64,000 nucleotides of DNA from Flavobacteriaceae bacterium. Lineage in GTDB: Bacteria; Bacteroidota; Bacteroidia; Flavobacteriales; Flavobacteriaceae. A program made the position numbers and the translations under genes. A model generated the notes under the pieces. It did no database searches. It saw only the letters and a program-made list of their open reading frames with translations, and was not told the origin of the DNA. Below are positions 59,234-64,000 of this stretch, piece by piece (position 1 is the first letter of the stretch; every line of letters begins with the position of its first letter). The stretch spans positions 11,992 to 75,991 of the forward strand of contig JBMTQW010000001.1 of assembly GCA_049446615.1 (NCBI GenBank), read 5' to 3'.

Positions 59234-60457
59234 TTAAGAATTATTCTGTTTTGGATAACACAAATAATGCTTTACGTGTGGGCTTGAAAACACATTAGAA
59301 TCCAAATAGGGAACATATTTTGCCATGGGTTCTACTTTTCCTGATTTTTCTTTGATCAAAATCTGTGTTTGATCCGTAAAGTAGGTTTGATTTGAAATGT
59401 ATCCATGAAACACAAAATAATCCGCTTCCTTTTCTGGAAAATTTTGGCTTTCTATCCGCTTTCGCATTGACTTTATTTCTTCAGATGAAAACGGGTTTTC
59501 TTGAATTTTAATTTTAGGGAGGTTTCGATTGATAAGTTGTTGAGCCAATCGTTTCAACACAGGGTCAGAATGGGAACACCATTGCTTGAGCAACCAAATA
59601 ATATCAGAATCGTCCAATTGAAGATAGTGCGCCAACGCGGCTTCAGAAAGCGGTTCCTTTTCATTATGAACTAGTAAGGGTCGTAAAAGGGGTGTTTCTG
59701 CTAATTTCTCTTGATCCTGCTCTACCAGATAGCGAAACCGTTGAAGCGTTTTAACAAGCAACAATTCTGCCACTAAACTTGTTTTATGAAGGTACACTTG
59801 CCAATACATCAACCGTCTAGCCAATAGGAATTTTTCAAGAGAATGAACTCCCTTGTTTTCAAATACAAGTTGTTCCCCTTCCACATTCATCATTGCAAGA
59901 ATACGGTCTGTATTAATATTTCCTTCGGTAACCCCCGTATAAAAACTGTCGCGTTTTAAATAATCCAGCCGATCTACATCTACCTGACCTGAAATAAGTT
60001 GATGCATGAATTTTCTTGAATACGTATTGGTAAAAATCTGAATTGCTAAATCCAATTGGCCTGTAAAGACTTCGTTTAATAGGTGAAAAATACGCAACGA
60101 GAGCGTTTCGTGATGCACTCCCCTAAAAAGGGCACTTTCTGTAGCGTGGGAAAAAGGGCCATGTCCAATATCATGAAGTAAAATGGCTGCTTGCATGGCT
60201 TCACGTTCTTTTGAACTTATGGATATGCCTTTAGAAACAAGAACGGCTATGGCACGTTGCATAATGTGCATTGCCCCCAGGGCATGACCAAAACGAGTAT
60301 GATTTGCGCCTGGATAAACAAAAGAAGATAACCCCATTTGAGAAATTCGACGCAACCGTTGAAAATAGGGGTGATTGATAAGTTTAAGCGTCAATTCTGA
60401 TTCAATGGCAATAAATCCATAAATTGGATCGTTAAAATAAGTGTTCTTTTGATGCAC
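59234..60457 (-). CDS. HD-domain phosphohydrolase (dNTP triphosphohydrolase-like)
   Basis: 407 aa. HTRFGHALG and LLHDIGHGPFSH motifs. Apparent GTG start at 60455..60457. Lies upstream of lpxD. Confidence 0.8.
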   Translation of the reverse strand: MHQKNTYFNDPIYGFIAIESELTLKLINHPYFQRLRRISQMGLSSFVYPGANHTRFGHALGAMHIMQRAIAVLVSKGISISSKEREAMQAAILLHDIGHGPFSHATESALFRGVHHETLSLRIFHLLNEVFTGQLDLAIQIFTNTYSRKFMHQLISGQVDVDRLDYLKRDSFYTGVTEGNINTDRILAMMNVEGEQLVFENKGVHSLEKFLLARRLMYWQVYLHKTSLVAELLLVKTLQRFRYLVEQDQEKLAETPLLRPLLVHNEKEPLSEAALAHYLQLDDSDIIWLLKQWCSHSDPVLKRLAQQLINRNLPKIKIQENPFSSEEIKSMRKRIESQNFPEKEADYFVFHGYISNQTYFTDQTQILIKEKSGKVEPMAKYVPYLDSNVFSSPHVKHYLCYPKQNNS

Positions 60458-60489
60458 GCTTAACTCAGTATTTTTAACAAATATAACAA

Positions 60490-62031
60490 ATGAAACGGAT
60501 CAAGATTTTATGGGTAGATGATGAGATTGACCTGTTGAAATCTCACATTTTATTTCTTGAAACGAAAGGCTATGACACTTCGCCATGCAACAACGGTCGT
60601 GACGCTATTGACCGTGTAGCGGAAGAAGTCTTTGATGTTGTTCTTTTAGATGAAAATATGCCCGGATTAAATGGCATTGAAACTTTAGCTGCCATAAAAA
60701 GTCGTAAGCCGAATCTCCCAGTCATAATGGTAACTAAAAACGAGGAAGAACAGATTATGGAAGAGGCAATAGGCACTAAAATTTCAGATTATTTGATCAA
60801 ACCTGTTAATCCATATCAAATCCTATCTTCATTAAAAAAAACCCTAGATCATAAAAGCTTAATCGCTGAAAAAACAACCCAAAATTACCGTGAAGAATTT
60901 ACCACTTTATCGCATAGGCTGCTCGATTTAAAGACCGCAAACGATTGGACTCAATTTTATAAAGAATTGGTGTTTTGGGAATTGGAACTTGAAACCCTTG
61001 AGGATCAAGAATGGTATAAGATGTTTGAAGGTCAATGGAAAGAAGCCAATATTCAGTTTTCACAATTTATAGAATCACATTATGAAGATTGGCTCCTTAA
61101 TGACAATGGCCCCATTTTATCCCACAATGCGTTTAAGCGCTTAGTTTATCCGCATCTATCCGCTTCTACTCCCACCCTATTGCTCGTAATTGATAATTTG
61201 CGATTAGATCAATGGCAAACCCTTATGCCTTCAATTGAAGAAATTGCCTCTCTAAAAGAAGATAAAACCTATTTTAGTTTGCTTCCCACAGCCACACAAT
61301 ATGCCCGTAATTCTTTTTTTGCTGGACTTACTCCACTTCAAATTCAAACCCAATTCCCTGATTGGTGGGTAGCTGAATCGGATGAAAAAGGAAAAAATCT
61401 ACATGAAGCCGATTTATTAAAAGCCAATTGCATTCGCCTAGGGTTTACCCTCCCTATAAGTTACCATAAAATCATTCATTCTTCTCAGGGTCAGCAGTTA
61501 GTAAATTCGTTACAAAATCACTCGCATGAAGGACTTACCGCCGTAGTCTATAATTTTGTGGATATGATCTCGCATGCTAAAACGGATATGGACGTAATAA
61601 AAGAACTTGCTTCAGATAATAAAGCCTATCGATCATTAACCCATAGCTGGTTTAAAAACAGCAGTTTAAAAGAACTAATTAAGAAGGCCGTATCTTTAAA
61701 TTACAAAGTAATCCTAACCACCGATCACGGCACGATCAATGTAGAGCTTCCATGCAGTGTAATTGGAGATCGAGAAACAAGTATGAACTTGCGCTACAAA
61801 ACGGGTAAAAGTTTAACATACAATAAAAAAGACGTGTATGCCTGTAACGACCCTAAAAAGTTAGAATTGCCCTCACCCTATTTTAATACTCCTTTTATTT
61901 TCGCAAAGGGCAACCGGTATTTCGTTTATAAAAACAACTACAATCACTACGTAAAACATTTTAAAAATACCTATCAGCACGGAGGGATATCAATGGAAGA
62001 AATGATACTTCCATTTGTTGTTTTACGATAA
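60490..62031 (+). CDS. porX: Response regulator with a PglZ (alkaline-phosphatase-superfamily) output domain, PorX-type
   Basis: 513 aa. Receiver domain (ILWVDDE, VLLDENMPG, VIMVTK) followed by a PglZ domain (...ILTTDHGTINV...YQHGGIS). Confidence 0.75.
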   Translation: MKRIKILWVDDEIDLLKSHILFLETKGYDTSPCNNGRDAIDRVAEEVFDVVLLDENMPGLNGIETLAAIKSRKPNLPVIMVTKNEEEQIMEEAIGTKISDYLIKPVNPYQILSSLKKTLDHKSLIAEKTTQNYREEFTTLSHRLLDLKTANDWTQFYKELVFWELELETLEDQEWYKMFEGQWKEANIQFSQFIESHYEDWLLNDNGPILSHNAFKRLVYPHLSASTPTLLLVIDNLRLDQWQTLMPSIEEIASLKEDKTYFSLLPTATQYARNSFFAGLTPLQIQTQFPDWWVAESDEKGKNLHEADLLKANCIRLGFTLPISYHKIIHSSQGQQLVNSLQNHSHEGLTAVVYNFVDMISHAKTDMDVIKELASDNKAYRSLTHSWFKNSSLKELIKKAVSLNYKVILTTDHGTINVELPCSVIGDRETSMNLRYKTGKSLTYNKKDVYACNDPKKLELPSPYFNTPFIFAKGNRYFVYKNNYNHYVKHFKNTYQHGGISMEEMILPFVVLR

Positions 62032-62052
62032 TGTGCACTGTACCTTTGTCCT

Positions 62053-62478
62053 ATGGAAATTACCTTTTCATTAGAACAACTTCCTGAAGTTGCCAAAACG
62101 ATTTTACAACATGCTACACATCGTGTGATATGCATAGATGGACCTATGGGTGCAGGAAAAACCACTTTAATCACAGCATTATGCAAAGCCCTTTTGGTTA
62201 CTGAAGAAGTGAACAGCCCAACATTTGCCTTGGTAAACTCCTATCAAGCACAACACGAGCTACTATACCATTTCGATTTTTATCGTTTAGATCATCCTGA
62301 CGAAGCCTTAGATTTTGGCGTTGAGGAATATTTTGAATCGGGAGCCTATTGTTTTTTAGAATGGGCAGAGAAAATAACTCCTCATTTACCGTTAGCATAC
62401 AATCGGTATGAAATTACAATTCTTAATGCGCAGCTGAGAAAATTAACAGCTCACCCAATAAATTTAAATTCTGTATGA
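62053..62478 (+). CDS. tsaE: tRNA t6A37 biosynthesis ATPase TsaE
   Basis: 141 aa. P-loop GPMGAGKTT, then ...SPTFALVNSY...HFDFYRL. Confidence 0.9.
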   Translation: MEITFSLEQLPEVAKTILQHATHRVICIDGPMGAGKTTLITALCKALLVTEEVNSPTFALVNSYQAQHELLYHFDFYRLDHPDEALDFGVEEYFESGAYCFLEWAEKITPHLPLAYNRYEITILNAQLRKLTAHPINLNSV

Positions 62479-62837
62479 AAATCTTGCATCGATTAGGGTA
62501 TTATTTGGGGGGATTTTCGGTGGGACTAATTTTCTTAGCCTTTATTTTTAATGGCAAGAAAACAAGTTGCAATTATTCTCCCTCTGCACGTGTAAAAAAT
62601 GATTTGTTGCAAAAAAAAATTCAAATTGATTCGGCCTTACTTCAACGCAACCCTAAAATTACAATTGAAATGGTGAAAGAGTGGATCAATTCTGGGGATA
62701 TAAATTTCTCCAAAAGCGACACTAAACGCGATTCATGTCGACTCTATCAAATTCAGCATTCCGAGAATAAAAATCAATATTTACGGGTTAAAAATTGTGA
62801 TAAAACAATTCAACTGGTTGAAGTTAAAATGCCTTAA
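62475..62837 (+). CDS. Membrane-anchored hypothetical protein
   Basis: 120 aa. One N-terminal TM segment (LGYYLGGFSVGLIFLAFIF). The start overlaps the tsaE stop. No motif recognised. Confidence 0.5.
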   Translation: MKILHRLGYYLGGFSVGLIFLAFIFNGKKTSCNYSPSARVKNDLLQKKIQIDSALLQRNPKITIEMVKEWINSGDINFSKSDTKRDSCRLYQIQHSENKNQYLRVKNCDKTIQLVEVKMP

Positions 62838-63996
62838 TTTTTCTTCTTTTCAATTCTTTTCGCAATAAATCAAGTTCCCTTGGCGTTTGGCCACTTACTG
62901 ATGTATTTTCATCCGCTCGGCGAATTAAATACGGAATAACTTTTCGAACAGGACCGTAGGGTACATATTTAATCACCTGATATCCAACATCTGCCAAGTT
63001 AAAAGTGATGTGATCAGCCATACCGTACAATTGGGAAAACCAAATGCGTTGATCAGAAGGGGAAATAGTGTTGTTTTTCATATAATCAACTACCTGCAAA
63101 ACATTGGCTTCATTGTGACTTCCTAAAAAAAGATGACACCGATCTACACGGGGTAAAATAAAATGTAATGCTTGAGAAAACTCCTCATCCGTTTTGGCCT
63201 TGGATTCACAAAGGGGTGAAGGATACCCTTTTGCTTCAGCCCGATCGTTTTCTTTTTCAATGTAAGCCCCTCGAACCAACTTAACTCCCAAATAAAAATT
63301 TCCCTGTTCAGCTTTTTCATAAAGCGATTTCAAGTATTCCATTCGGTCTTTTCGATACATTTGGAGCGTGGTGAAAATGTATGGCGTTTTTTTATTATAG
63401 GTTGTCATAAGGCGCTCAGCAACTTCATCAATGGCTCCTTGAATCCAAGTCTCTTCTGCATCAATAAGCACTTTTACATTGAGTTCAATGGCTTTTTCAC
63501 AAAAGCGCTCAATCCGTTTTAACATTCTTTCCCATGCCTGCTCTTCTTCTTCAGAAAGTGCAATTGATGCAGTTTTCTTTTTAAACAATGCTAACGAACC
63601 TAATCCTGTAGGTTTAAAAACAGTAAAAGGAACATCTGTATTTCCCTTTGAAAAGGAAAGTGTGTCCAATGATTTTTGAAGGTGATCTTCCATCCCCTCT
63701 TCTGTCCACTCTGCTTCGGCAGCAAAATGCATATAGGATTTAACACGTTGAGAGGCCAATAAATTGACAATTTTTAATGAGTCTTCTTGTTGTTCTCCGG
63801 CACAAAATTGTTTGTAAATGGTTTTTTTAAATACAAAAATAAAGGGCAGCCTTAATTTTAAAATCAGCCATGCCACTTGGGTACTAAAAGCGACCAAATA
63901 CTTATTTGCAATTAAACGGTATATCAAATAGGATTTGTATAAATCTGAATTTGATTTTAGCCCGTAGGCTTTTTCTGTATTATCAAATTGCACCAT
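62824..63996 (-). CDS. Proline dehydrogenase family protein (monofunctional)
   Basis: 390 aa. ProDH TIM-barrel pattern (...VKLVRGAY..., ...LYGM..., C-terminal ...YLIRRADENTS). Confidence 0.8.
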   Translation of the reverse strand: MVQFDNTEKAYGLKSNSDLYKSYLIYRLIANKYLVAFSTQVAWLILKLRLPFIFVFKKTIYKQFCAGEQQEDSLKIVNLLASQRVKSYMHFAAEAEWTEEGMEDHLQKSLDTLSFSKGNTDVPFTVFKPTGLGSLALFKKKTASIALSEEEEQAWERMLKRIERFCEKAIELNVKVLIDAEETWIQGAIDEVAERLMTTYNKKTPYIFTTLQMYRKDRMEYLKSLYEKAEQGNFYLGVKLVRGAYIEKENDRAEAKGYPSPLCESKAKTDEEFSQALHFILPRVDRCHLFLGSHNEANVLQVVDYMKNNTISPSDQRIWFSQLYGMADHITFNLADVGYQVIKYVPYGPVRKVIPYLIRRADENTSVSGQTPRELDLLRKELKRRKIKAF

Positions 63997-64000
63997 ATTC

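Noticed and set aside
59234-62031. An HD-domain dNTPase-like gene lies next to a PglZ-domain gene, which could suggest a BREX-like or dNTP-depletion defence locus.
   Set aside because: The PglZ domain is fused to a receiver domain (PorX architecture) and is followed by tsaE. The HD gene heads the lpxD-lpxC/fabZ-lpxA-efp cluster. No methyltransferase, BrxC/PglY-type ATPase or other defence partner is present. This is housekeeping context.
1-64000. I looked for CRISPR arrays, tRNA/rRNA genes, IS elements, integrases, phage genes, toxin-antitoxin pairs and known defence-system signatures.
   Set aside because: No spaced direct repeats were seen. Intergenic regions are too short for structured RNA genes; the only long gap is the mscL remnant. 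No transposase, recombinase or nuclease-helicase ORFs appear in the track. This was a visual scan only, so small or degenerate elements could have been missed.

Overview
This is a densely coding chromosomal segment (about 55 protein genes, short intergenic gaps) from a Bacteroidota genome, probably class Flavobacteriia. The taxonomic call rests on a fused lpxC-fabZ, a PorX-type receiver+PglZ regulator, an HYC_CC_PP protein, TAnnTTTG -7 boxes, no Shine-Dalgarno sequences and many lipoprotein signals. All calls come from reading the supplied translations and the raw sequence for family motifs; no database search was possible. Content is mostly housekeeping: uvrA, ggt, acpH, glmM, aroC, mutS2, ung, a complete his operon (hisG-D-C-B-H-A-[DinB]-F-IE), fabG, sucD, efp, lpxA, lpxC/fabZ, lpxD, porX, tsaE and proline dehydrogenase. 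I found no rRNA, tRNA, CRISPR array, transposase, integrase, phage gene or recognisable defence or toxin-antitoxin locus, and no self-contained novel multi-gene system that I can defend. The observations most worth follow-up are: (1) a candidate lysine-to-2-oxoglutarate module (saccharopine-DH-family enzyme + HglS/DUF1338 + ALDH7, with a YdiJ-type FAD/Fe-S dehydrogenase nearby); (2) a His-codon leader peptide with terminator/antiterminator upstream of hisG; (3) a DinB-fold gene packed inside the his operon; (4) a heavy-metal RND operon with unusual accessories (HYC_CC_PP, two Cys4 metal-binding modules, a Met/His-rich linker, and a 1235-aa pump with extra hydrophobic helices); (5) an mscL remnant with a frameshift and no start codon; (6) an Smr-less MutS2 coupled to a DCC thiol oxidoreductase.
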